Below, one piece after another: positions 35,241-46,108 of a stretch of 64,000 bases of DNA. Under the pieces are notes generated by a model. The model worked only from the letters and a program-made list of their open reading frames with translations, was not told the origin of the DNA and did no database searches. A program made the position numbers and the translations under genes. The stretch's first letter is position 1; the number at the start of each line of letters is the position of its first letter. Origin of the DNA: Gracilinanus agilis (taxonomy: Eukaryota); contig NC_058134.1 in NCBI RefSeq assembly GCF_016433145.1, positions 218,628,404 to 218,692,403 on the forward strand, given 5' to 3'.

Positions 35241-38170
35241 CAGAATCTAAAACTAGAAGGGATCTTAGAGATCATCTCATCCAACCCCTTCATTTTTCCA
35301 AATAGGAAAACAGTGACTTGCCCAAGGTCACACATAGTAAGCAGCAGAGATAAGATTCGAACTGGGATCTTCAGACTCCATATCTAGACTCCCTGAATCA
35401 AGCTGGACCATTTTTTTTCAAAACCTTTACTTCCATCTTAGAATCAATGTTGAATATCGGTCCCAAGGATGAAGAGCAATAAGGGCCAGGCAGTAGGGGT
35501 GAAGTGACTTTCCCAGAGTCACATAGCTAGCAAGTATCTGAGGCTAGATTTGAACCGAAGACTTCTTTTCTCAAGGCCTGACTTTCTATCCACTGAGCCA
35601 CCTAGCTGCCCCAAGTGGGACAGTTTTCTCCAGAACTGTTAGTCAAGTAGGAACTGATTTGTTATCAAGGAATTACTGGTAGGAAAATAGTCTGTTTTTC
35701 AGAGGTCACCAAGCCACTAGACTAGGATAAAAGGCCATGCCAGTGAATCCAACTGGCCCTGAGCTCTTGGAAAAGCCATAAGGTCACAGATTTAGAATCA
35801 AAAGGTACCTTAGAGATCTTCCAGTCCAGCCTCTTCATTTCTATACATAAGAAAACTGAGGTCCAGAGGGTTTAGATGATCTGCCCAGGATCTCACAGAG
35901 AGGAGGTGAAACAAGCAGGATTGGAACCCAATCCTCTGCCTCCAATGCTCAGCCAATTTGATTTGAAATTCCTTTTACTGATTCTTCAGACCAAGTCCTT
36001 GTTGCTTTTAACAATGGTTTATGCCACTGTTAGCTGGAAAACCAGAGGCTACCTCTGTGTCCTTCCTCAGTCTGGAGGGACTGCTTAGATGTGGGTTAGA
36101 CAAAAGACACAGCCTCAAATTCCAGTGCTTTCCTCCAATCATTTACTCTTTCAAACATTTTTAAGACACTCTTTCCTTCTCTCCTTTTCTTAAAATCTTT
36201 AATGGCCTTCAAGGCTATAGGCTTAGGTGGAATAGTGCCTAGGTTTAGGAAGCCCTGAGTTCAAATCCAGCCTCAGACACTTACTAGCTGTGGGATCCTG
36301 AACAAGTCATGTAAGCTTCCTCTGCCTCAGTTTCCTCATCTTTAAAATGGGAGTAATAACAGCACCTACTTTCATAAGTTGTGGTGAGGAACAAATGAGA
36401 CAATATTTGTAGTGTTTGCGGCTTAATAAATGCTCCTCTCCTTCCTGATCCATCTGCCACTTTCTGCCAGTGGTTAGCATTCCTTTCCTCTTCAAATGAA
36501 GGAGGGAGTGTTGAATAGACTCAAAACAGGAAATATAAAAGGGATCCAAAAATCACAGCCTTCCTAGGGCTGGAAGAGAGCTTGGGAATGATCTAGTCCA
36601 CGTCCTTCATTTAACAGATGAAGAAATTGAGACCTGGAGAATTTGTTTAAGTGAAAATCATACAGATAGTAAGGGTCAAGTTGGCAAGTGTGTCAGGGCA
36701 AAAGCCAGAAAGTTGGCTCAAGTAACGAAGCCATATCACAAGCTTTCTGTGGGAAAGCTTCTCCTGCCAGCCAGGGAACCCTCACAAAGGAAGTCCACCC
36801 CACCCCCCCACCCCCCAGTGACTTAACTCTGTATATATTATCTCATAGAGGAGGTGGAGATAATTTCTGTCTCTCTGAGGGTCTTCCCCTCTCCCCTCTC
36901 TCTATCCCCCTTCCCCTCCCCGTTTGTCTCTGTCTCTCTCTCTCTCTCCACTCTCTCTTCTAGGTCTCTCTCCACATCTTCTCTCTCCTCTGTCTGTCTC
37001 CTTTTTTGTCTTTTCTGTTGTCCTTTAATGAATTTGTTTCCCTGAGAAACTCCCGCTTTCTGTCTCTATCCATCTCTGTCTCTCTGGGTCTCTGTCACAT
37101 ACATACACACCCCTTTGCAGCCCATTCCTTTTCTCTCTAAATGGTCACTATTCTTAGAAAGACACCTGGAGAAGAGGAATCAGCCGTGGGCCTGGATCTT
37201 GCCACGATGACTTGTTGGCTTAGATGATGGTGTCTCACTAACTAAGTCACACCTGACCCTTGGACAGGGCAGAGCAGCCTAAGGTGGTATCTGGCCTCAG
37301 TGGTGTGCCCTGTGACTCTCTACTCATTGTCCATTCTGAACATAAGCAGGGTACCCTGGGGACCAGGGGTGACTCAGCAGAATCGAGGCTGAGATGGCCC
37401 TTCTAGAGCCTAAATCCAGGTCAATGTTGAGCTTGAGAAGTCAGATTAGCCCAGGGTAAGCAAAGCAAACAAATCTGTCCTCTCACCTCCTCTAGGATGC
37501 CCTCTCTGATTCCCCCCCAGATGACATTCCTTCCTTCTGAGGCCTCCCACAACATTTACTTTTCAGCTCTTTTCCAATCTCTGTGCCTTCCATTTTTGAG
37601 CCATTTGTAAGCTCCTGGTGAGCAGGGGCTTCCATAGGGCTTAGGACAGGTAGGGCTTCACACACTGAAGGCACACAGTAACTCCTTATTGGATATTTGC
37701 TAAGCCCCGACCTGGAACGATGATGCCCTTGGGGGCCCGAGGCAGGGTCTGAAAGTTGCTTCCCTTGTGTGTTACTTACTCTTTGTCTGCCTCAGGCTTT
37801 AAGCCTTCCCTGCCTCACAGGTCTGTGACCTGACTTGTCACCCCATCATCCCTCCAGGTCACTGGAGAGCTGAAATTCTTACCATTAAAAATATGAGCCT
37901 TTATAAGATACATGGAAAAACCCACCTTGTTGAGAAACAGCGTGGAGTCCAAATGCTGCCTCATCAACTGCCCACCTTGCCTGTCGATCCCAGGTCTGTG
38001 GGTAGGAATTGTATGTTTCCTATAACTCATTCTGAAACTGTACTCTACGCCTTGAAGGCAGAGTCTAGAAGACAACAAAAAGCCAATAACCTACCCTCTG
38101 CATAGGATTTTGTTTCTTAACCTCTTAGCTTTCAGACCCAGTTATGAATCCTCCAAAAAGACATTGTAGA

Positions 38171-38377
38171 GGAGGGCAGCTGGGTAGCTCAGTGGATTGA
38201 GAGCCAGGCCTAGAGATGGGAGGTCCTAGGTTCAAATCTGACCTCAGATACTTCCCAGCTGTGTGACCCTGGGCAAGTCACTTGGCCGCCATTGCCTACC
38301 CTTACCACTCTTCTGACTTGGAGCCAATACACAGTATTGACTCCAAGACAAAAGGTAAGGGTTTAAAAAAAAAAAAA
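38171..38377 (+). mobile_element. Young SINE1_Mdo-like SINE with perfect 16 bp TSD
   Basis: TSD aaaaagacattgtaga at 38155-38170 and 38378-38393, after a long A-tail. Confidence 0.92.
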
Positions 38378-38399
38378 AAAAAGACATTGTAGAATGAAC

Positions 38400-38856
38400 T
38401 TTCAGGAGGTCCTGGGTTCAAATCTGGCTTCAGACACTTCTTGGCTGTGTGACCCTGGGCAAGTCACTTCACCACCATTGCCCAGCCTTTACTACTCTTC
38501 AGTCTTAGAATTGATACTAAGATAGACGGTAGGGACAGCTAGGTGGTTCAGTGGATAGAGACTGAGGCCTAGAGAAAAGAGGTCCTGGGTTCAAATTTGG
38601 CCTCAGACACTTCCTAGCTGCATGACCTCAGGCAAGTCACTGAACCCCAATTGTCTTGCCCTTAATGATTTTCTGCCTTGGAACCAATAAACAATATTGA
38701 TTCTAAGACAGTGAGGTTTAAAAAAAAATACTGGCTTCAAATCTGACCTCAGATACTTCTTGGATATGTGACCCTGGTCAAGTCATTGTCTAGCACTTAC
38801 CACTCTTCTGCCTTGGAACCAATATACAGTATTGATTCTAAGACAGAAGGTAAAGT
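38400..38856 (+). mobile_element. Three more head-to-tail SINE1-like copies directly after 38171-38377
   Basis: Segments ~38402-38528, ~38531-38728 and ~38730-38856 each contain ttcaaat..cctcagacacttc..gtgaccc..caagtca..gattctaagacag. Confidence 0.8.
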
Positions 38857-39769
38857 TGTGTTGTTTTTTTTTTCATATGTATGAACTTGGGACAAGTCCC
38901 CTCCCCTTTCCAAACCTTACTTCTCTCACATGGAAAATGAGTTTAATAACACTTTCATAGCCCACCATTCCAAGATGGCTGTGAGGAGAACACTGTACCA
39001 CAGAGACAGAGAGATGTGAGATCAATCAATTGACAAGCAACTACTCTGTTCTAGGCACTGGAGAGATAAAGACAAAGGTGAAACAGACCCTGCCCTCCAG
39101 GTGCCTACATTCTAGCAAAGGAGATAGCTTTAGAGTGTCCATAAATGATATTTACAAAGTGTACATTTATATAATATTTAAATTTATTAAAAATATATCA
39201 GAACATTTATAAGCCCATAAGGAATATTTACAGAACCAAAGTCCCATAATTTTCTGAAAGCAGGTCCCAGCAGCTAGGAAGATTGGGGGTGAATCAAGAG
39301 AGTTTGCATGAAAAAGCCACTACAGGAGCTGAAAAAGCCACAGGATGTTGAGAAGCAGGGATGGAGAGAGATGGAGGAGACAGCCTGAATACTGCATGGA
39401 TAGAGCAGAAAAAGGGGAAGAATGTCATGGGTGAGGAGAGAGCGATGACATGGGATGAGATGTTTCAAGGTCATCCTTCTCCCAGACCTGCATTTCTTAG
39501 ACTCAGGACCTAGTCTTTGGCAGGCAGCTTGGGAACATGGAAGGAGCTCTGGCTCTGGAATTATAGGATCTGGGTTCAAATCCTGATTCTTTCCTATATT
39601 ACCTGGGTATCTTTGAGCAAGTCTTTTCTTCCTTGAGTTTCTTTGCCCAGATTGAACTAGAAAGTTTTAGAGGCTTCTTTCAGGTTTATACCTATGATCC
39701 CAGCATCTCTCATTTTTCTTCTTGGGCAAGCAGAATCTTTTTCTGGTGGAAATGACATAATGCTCCTCC

Positions 39770-40172
39770 TTTTTTTTTTTTTTAAAATCTTTACCACCCA
39801 TCTTAGAATCAATACTGTGTATTGGTTCTAAGGCAGAAAAGTAGTAAGGGCTAGGCCAGTGATTCCCAAAGTGGGTGCCACCGCCCCTTGGTGGGTGCTG
39901 CAGTGATCCAGGGAGGCGGTGATGGCCACAGGTGCATTTATCTTTCCTATTAATTGCTATTAAATTTTTTTAAAATTAATTTCCAAGGGGCTAAGTAATA
40001 TATTTTCTGGAAAGGTGGCGGTAGGCCAAAAAATTTTGGGAACCACTGGGCTAGGCAATGGGGGTTAAGGGACTTACCCAGGGTCACACAGCTGGGAAGT
40101 ATCTGAGGTCAAATTTGAACCCAGGACCTCCCTCCAAGCCTGGCTCTCTATCTACTGAGTCATCTAGCTGGC
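39770..40172 (-). mobile_element. SINE1_Mdo-like SINE split by a hAT MITE
   Basis: Tail part at 39770-39856 and head part at 40049-40172 join seamlessly across the duplicated ggctaggc. Confidence 0.88.
39857..40048 (+). mobile_element. Young hAT MITE, 192 bp
   Basis: TIRs CAGTGATTCCCAAA / TTTGGGAACCACTG (reverse complement CAGTGGTTCCCAAA). Perfect 8 bp TSD GGCTAGGC at 39849-39856 and 40049-40056. Confidence 0.93.
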
Positions 40173-40317
40173 CCTTGACCTAACCTTTTGCTGAACTGTC
40201 CTGGAATAAGCATCTGTTCTTATTCTTCAGTTGGTTTCTATACTTTACATTGTATCAAAAATTCTATCATACCTCCCATCTATCACTGCTATAGCTCTTA
40301 AATATTTACTTTTCGCT

Positions 40318-40680
40318 GATTCTCTCTCTCTCTCTGTCTTTCTCTTTGTCTGTCATCTTACTATCTCTGTCTTTCTGTCTCTCTATCTCTCTGCATCTCC
40401 GTCTCTATCTCTTTCTGTCTCTGTCTCTATCTCTTTTGGTCTCTGTCTCCCCATCTCTTTCCTCCTTCTGTCCTCTGTAGTTCTGTCTCTTTGTCTCTCT
40501 GTCTATCTCTGTCTCTTCGTCTCTCTCCTCCTTCTGTCCTCTGAATTTGTCTCCCTGTCTCTCCTCTCTTCTCTCTTTCCTTTCTTCCCTCTCTTCTCTC
40601 TCTTTCTGTCTCCCCATTACCCTCTCTATGTACATCTCTTTTCCTCTTAGCTCTTCCTTCACTGTCTTCATTTTCACTTC
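40318..40680. repeat. CT-rich polypyrimidine low-complexity tract
   Basis: Directly visible. Similar tracts at ~650-790, 36860-37100 and 42940-43220; GA-rich tracts at ~4720-4780, 5130-5200 and 56530-56800. Confidence 0.9.
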
Positions 40681-41799
40681 CTGATCTGCCTTCTTAGTGA
40701 GCCCCATTTTGTTTAGGATACCATTTGTTTAGGATACTACATCAGCTGTGTTTACAGAATTAGGCTGAACCCTAAGATCCTTGGATCCAAGAACAAGGAA
40801 AGTCCTTAGAGATCACTGAGTCCACCTTCCCAGGGAGGGATGGTGACTTACTCACAGTCAATCAGAGTGAGTCACTGAGCCAAGATCCAAACCCAGGGGC
40901 TCTTAGACTGACCCCAGCCTCCTGGAATTGGCACAGCTGTCCCTCCTGGGAAGAGGTGATGATATAGGTCGTTCTAAGACCCTTTCTGTTGCACGTGTGG
41001 AGAGAAAGGAGCCCAGCCTTCTGGGAAGGAAGCCTGGGTTCATTCCTCCTACCCTGTTCATCAGAAAAGCTGCTTCTTGACCCTTAGAAAGTTCTCCTTT
41101 CTCCTCTTTATTTATAATGTCATTTCCCTTTTCTGAGTGGTTGGGGATCAGTTTTCCTGCAGGGCCTGCTGGTGATGCTATGAATTAAAGCTGCTACAGT
41201 GGAAGGCAAGGGGAGAGGAAGGGGGGACCAGAGAGAAGTATTGCCTCGCCAAGGAAGTCACTTACTTTAAAAGAATAGTCTCCCTAATGGGACCTGTGAT
41301 CTGAGCACTGGGCATGAGCAAGAAAGGACATAACAGTGGATATTGCTGCTATTCTTCCCTTCTGTAGAAGAAAGAAATGATGCTGACTGGAAAGGCAGTG
41401 TGGATAGTAGTCAGAAGACCTGGATTCAAATTCTACCTCTTTCAACTACTTCCCCCTTGGTCAAATGGGTATAATAATGTTTATAAAATGTACCTCAGAT
41501 CCTGGTTACAGGAAGAAGACTTTGTAAACCCCAAAGCTGTACAGAAATATGGGTATCCCTGGATCACCTCACGATGCCTAGCACTGAGCCTTGAACATGG
41601 TAGGAACATCAGCTCAGCTCTAAAGCTGAACTTAAATAGACTAACTTTTATGTTTTACTGATTAAGGAAGGGAAGCCTAGTGATAGAAAAGTTTGCCCAA
41701 GGTCACATTGGTATTGAACAACAGAGGGAATCAAACCCAGCAGGTGCTTAATAATGCTTACTGGCAAATCAATGAAAATTAAATGACTCAAAATTATTT

Positions 41800-42060
41800 G
41801 GGATTAAATAGCCCCAAAGAAGAAATATGACAAGGTAACTCCTTGCAATTCTTTGCAAATATGGGGAACTGTGGGTATGGAGCACTACAAATAATTCAGA
41901 CCTCATCAGTATGTTAGTTTTTGTGAAACTCCACCTACCCCCCTTTTAAAATTAGTTATTATAAGAAATGGCTTTCTGGGAAAGACAGGGAGATTCACTG
42001 AGAAATGTAGGTTATATAAAAACAGAAGTTTTCAATCAAACCTATTATTGATAAATAATA
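41800..42060 (+). mobile_element. Old L1 3' UTR fragment
   Basis: ctttgcaaatatggggaactgtgggtatggagcactac..ttattataagaaatggctttctgg..gaaatgtaggttatataaaaacagaag resembles the ancient marsupial L1 3' end. Confidence 0.55.
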
Positions 42061-43048
42061 GCAAGTCCTAGCTATGTGACCCTGGGCAAATCACTTAACC
42101 CCCGTTGCCTAGCCCCAAGAATCTTCTGTCTTGGACCGAATATACAGTATTGATTCCAAGAAGAAAAGTACAGGTTAAAAAAAAAAGTAATAATAGCAAG
42201 GTTTGTAAAACACTTTACAAATATGGTCTATCTCATTTGATCTTCACAAAACCATGGGAGTTATGTGCCATTATTTTCATTATTTTATAGATGAATAAAC
42301 TGAAGCCCGGAGAGTTCAAGTGACTTGTACAAAGGTTACACAGCTAGTCAGTGATTGAGGCAGGATTCAAATTCAGGTGTTCCTGACTCTGAATCCAATC
42401 ATCTATCTTCTATACCACCCAAATGCTCATAAATAAATATTAAATATTTACCCATAAGTTATCCATATTGATTCATTCATTAATAAAGCTGAAACTCTAA
42501 ATCTTTTGTATTACATGGAGCCCTTCTTGGAAAGTTTGTGGGCTTTGTTCCAGAATCATGATTTTTTAATGAATAAAATAAAAACTACAGGATTACAAGG
42601 GAAACCAGTTCTATTGAATTACAGCTATCAAAATGTTTTCAAACATCTTCACTGCCTTCAGAATAAGAACCTCTAGAAGAAATGAATAAATGAATGGCCA
42701 GCATCATTGGAAAAGATCTAATTATAAGCCTTAACTGGAGGAGCAAAGAACCAGCCTTTATCAATTTGAAAATTTGTGGAAGAAAATGTTGCTGCAACAG
42801 ATCTCTCTATCTAGCCTCTCCTGATTTTCTCCGTCCTTACCCCAACCTACTTCACGAATAACCTCATGTTTTTTTCTCTGCACAATCAGGCTGCCTTCTA
42901 TCATGTCAATGTGGGCAGAAGTGAAGTCTGTCAGCAGCACTCTGTCCTCTCCCTCCCCTGGGAGCTGCTGCTGTTGCTCTACTCTCCTTCTCGTCACTAT
43001 TTCCCTCTCTAATCTCACTTCTTAGCCTTTCCTCCTCCCATCTTCTGA

Positions 43049-43384
<336 letters not shown>

Positions 43385-43694
43385 TGAGAAGCTCTGTGGC
43401 CAGAGGGGGTCTGAATTTGGGGAGAAAGTAAGTGTGCAGAGATGACCAAGGCAATGAGGGAGAAAGAAGGTGGAGGAATGGGGCCTTGGGAACAATGATG
43501 GTGGGGCTGAGGGGTATCACCCCATAACTGGAAACACCTGGCTCTCTGGTTTCTTTATCCAATGAAGAGCAAGCTTTCTGAGAGTAGGAAGTAGTGACAG
43601 AATTTGGTGGGGGAGGAAGAGGGGGAGACAAAGAAGTACACCTCATTGTGTTGAATGGCTTCCACCAAGCTGGCTGGCTGACTCTATGTGTGTC

Positions 43695-43877
43695 NNNNNN
43701 NNNNNNNNNNNNNNNNNNNNNNNNNNNNNNNNNNNNNNNNNNNNNNNNNNNNNNNNNNNNNNNNNNNNNNNNNNNNNNNNNNNNNNNNNNNNNNNNNNNN
43801 NNNNNNNNNNNNNNNNNNNNNNNNNNNNNNNNNNNNNNNNNNNNNNNNNNNNNNNNNNNNNNNNNNNNNNNNNNNNN
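43695..43877. other. Assembly gap (183 N) in intron 3
   Basis: N run. Confidence 1.
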
Positions 43878-44189
43878 AAGGGCATCAATAAAACATTGAA
43901 AAATATATCAGAAAACAAAAAGATCTTCAGGAAAAGACACAAACGGGGCCATTTTGTTCAATGTAATCTACATGTAAAAAGCAGTGGTTCAGTGTGGAAC
44001 ACAAGTTTTTTTGCACATTGAAATATTACTATTTGTTCTGATTAAGTCCATAATAAAAAAAAAGAAGAAATTATTTTAAAGAAAAGGGCCTACAAGTCCA
44101 TATTTATTTCCACTTCTTATTTATACCCAATTGCCATTTGAGAAGAGTTCAACTACCTGAATTAATAAAGTCAACCATAGGATCAAAAG

Positions 44190-44345
44190 ATATAGAGTTG
44201 AGAGAGGCCTTAGAACAAAAAAGGTCAGAGCTGGAAGGGCCTGAGAACAGGGAATGTCAGAGCTGAGAGGGACTATTAGAACATGGACGGTCAGAACTAT
44301 GAAGGGCTTTAGAACAGGGAATGTCAGAGATTAATGGGACTTTGA
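44190..44345 (-). repeat. Same 32-33 bp minisatellite family in intron 3, ~4-5 units
   Basis: cttagaac..gtcagagctggaaggg repeats, including gagaacagggaatgtcagagctgagaggg. Confidence 0.75.
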
Positions 44346-45164
44346 AAGATTAACTATCTAGTCATAGGTTCATAAACTTAGAGCTGGAAATGACCTTCAA
44401 GTTCAATCCTCTTACTTTAGAAACAAAGAATCTGACCGAGGTAAAGAGACTTCTTCAAGGTCACAAAGCTAGTATCTGAGACAGGATTTAAACTTAGGTC
44501 TTCTGGACTCCACATTCAATACTTTTTCCTCTGCATCATGGCAACTCTTCCCATGTTTGTTCATCATCTATTATGTATACAACTTGGCCTCCATGACAGT
44601 GACAGAAGTCTTCCCAGCCCTTAGCACAAGGCCTGGCCCATAGTAGGTAGTTCTTAAATAAAAGCTTCATGGAAGAACCAGCACCTGGCTATGTTCTGAG
44701 GAGCCCTAAGAATCCCCAGAGATGGAATCGAGGAGAGAGAGCAATTCCCTGAGTAAACTTGGACAAATCTTGGGATTCATTTTCTTCGATGTAAAATGAG
44801 GGGGTTGGACTAGATGTCCCTGGAGACTTGTTGTACCTCAAGGGCCATGATCAACAATTCTGTGATAGTGGTAAGCCATTCCCTTTTCTTTGGTCTCAGA
44901 GTCTCAATTTCTACAAAATACAGAAGGTAGGTCTAGATGTCTTTTGAGGTCTGTTCCAGCTTTGGTCATAGGATCTCCACTACCTTTCTTACCTTGGAAA
45001 CATTGCTTAATCTCTTAAACCTCAGTTTCCTTCTCTGTAAAATGAGGGTCCTTCAACAAATCCTTCTAATGCTGCCAGTATGCACCAGCTGCTATCCATC
45101 ACTCCTTGGAAACTAATGAGCCTTCTTCTTCCTCCCTCTTTCCTCCCCATTACCTTCCCCATAG

Positions 45165-45700
45165 GTCTGAGTAATATAATTGGCATCATTGTGTACATAT
45201 CAGCCAACGCTGGAGACCCTTCCAAGAGTGACTCCAAGAAAAATAGCTACTCTTATGGCTGGTCCTTTTACTTTGGGGCCCTGTCCTTCATCATTGCCGA
45301 GATGGTGGGAGTGTTGGCTGTCCACATGTTTATTGACCGGCACAAACAGCTTCGAGCCAATGCCCGTGCCACGGACTACCTCCAGTCCTCCGCCATCACC
45401 CGCATCCCCAGCTACCGCTACCGCTACCAGAGACGAAGTCGCTCAAGCTCCCGCTCCACCGAGCCTTCCCACTCCAGGGATGCTTCTCCCGTGGGCATCA
45501 AAGGGTTCAACACCCTGCCTTCCACAGAGATCTCGATGTACACCCTAACTAGGGACCCCCTGAAGGCCGCCACCACCCCCACCGCCACGTACAACTCCGA
45601 CAGGGATAATAGCTTCCTCCAAGTTCACAACTGTATCCAGAAAGAGAACAAGGACTCTATCCACACCAACACAGCCAACCGCCGTACCACCCCTGTATGA
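45165..45700 (+). CDS. CACNG2: CACNG2 coding exon 4 (TM3 end, TM4, cytoplasmic tail with Arg/Ser domain and PDZ ligand RRTTPV), ends at TGA
   Basis: 536 bp, [35 protein letters not shown]...RRSRSSSRS...[10 protein letters not shown]. Acceptor cttccccatAG. Exons 2-4 total 761 nt, so a 211 nt exon 1 CDS upstream would give the known 323 aa protein. Confidence 0.98.
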
Positions 45701-46054
45701 AGCCAAGGCCCAGAGCTCCAAGTAGGGGCCAGGGGAAGGAGGCCAGGGGAATAGGCCGGGCCAGGCTAGGGTCAGTGGGGGTGGAAAAAGAGGGGTGGGG
45801 GGGTTTGGGGGGGGAACAAAACCAACCAAGGGGAAATCTTCCAAAAGCAAAAAAGGAAAAAAAAGAAAAAAAGAAAAAAAAATAAGTCAACAACAAAAAA
45901 AAATACAAAAACAAAAAGAAGAGAAACAACAGGAAAAATGTGGGAAAAAAGAGAAAAAAACATTTTAAAAGCAAGAGAGATTAAAAAAGAGAAAAAATAG
46001 AAAATAAATTTAAAGAAAATGCATGATTTCCCATGTACCATTATTTTAACATTT

Positions 46055-46108
46055 AATAAAAACAAATAAAAAACAAGGGAACCAAGAGAAATTTAAAAAA
46101 TAAATAAA
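46055..46108 (+). terminator. Proximal polyadenylation signal cluster
   Basis: AATAAA at 46055, 46065, 46099 and 46103 (also 46003). Upstream TGTA at 46034. T/GT-rich tract at ~46143-46200. Confidence 0.55.

Noticed and set aside
42860-42930. Cryptic acceptor tttttttctctgcacaatcAG upstream of exon 3
   Set aside because: No convincing downstream donor and no homology; such sites are common in pyrimidine-rich introns.
45080-45164. ATG-initiated 206 aa ORF suggesting an N-terminally extended or standalone protein
   Set aside because: The first 28 codons are the intron 3 polypyrimidine tract. Homology to CACNG2 starts exactly at the AG acceptor (45165).
45698-45754. Stop-codon readthrough extension (17 codons to the next TAG)
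   Set aside because: The context is TGA-AGC, not the leaky TGA-CTAG, and readthrough would bury the PDZ ligand. No supporting signal.
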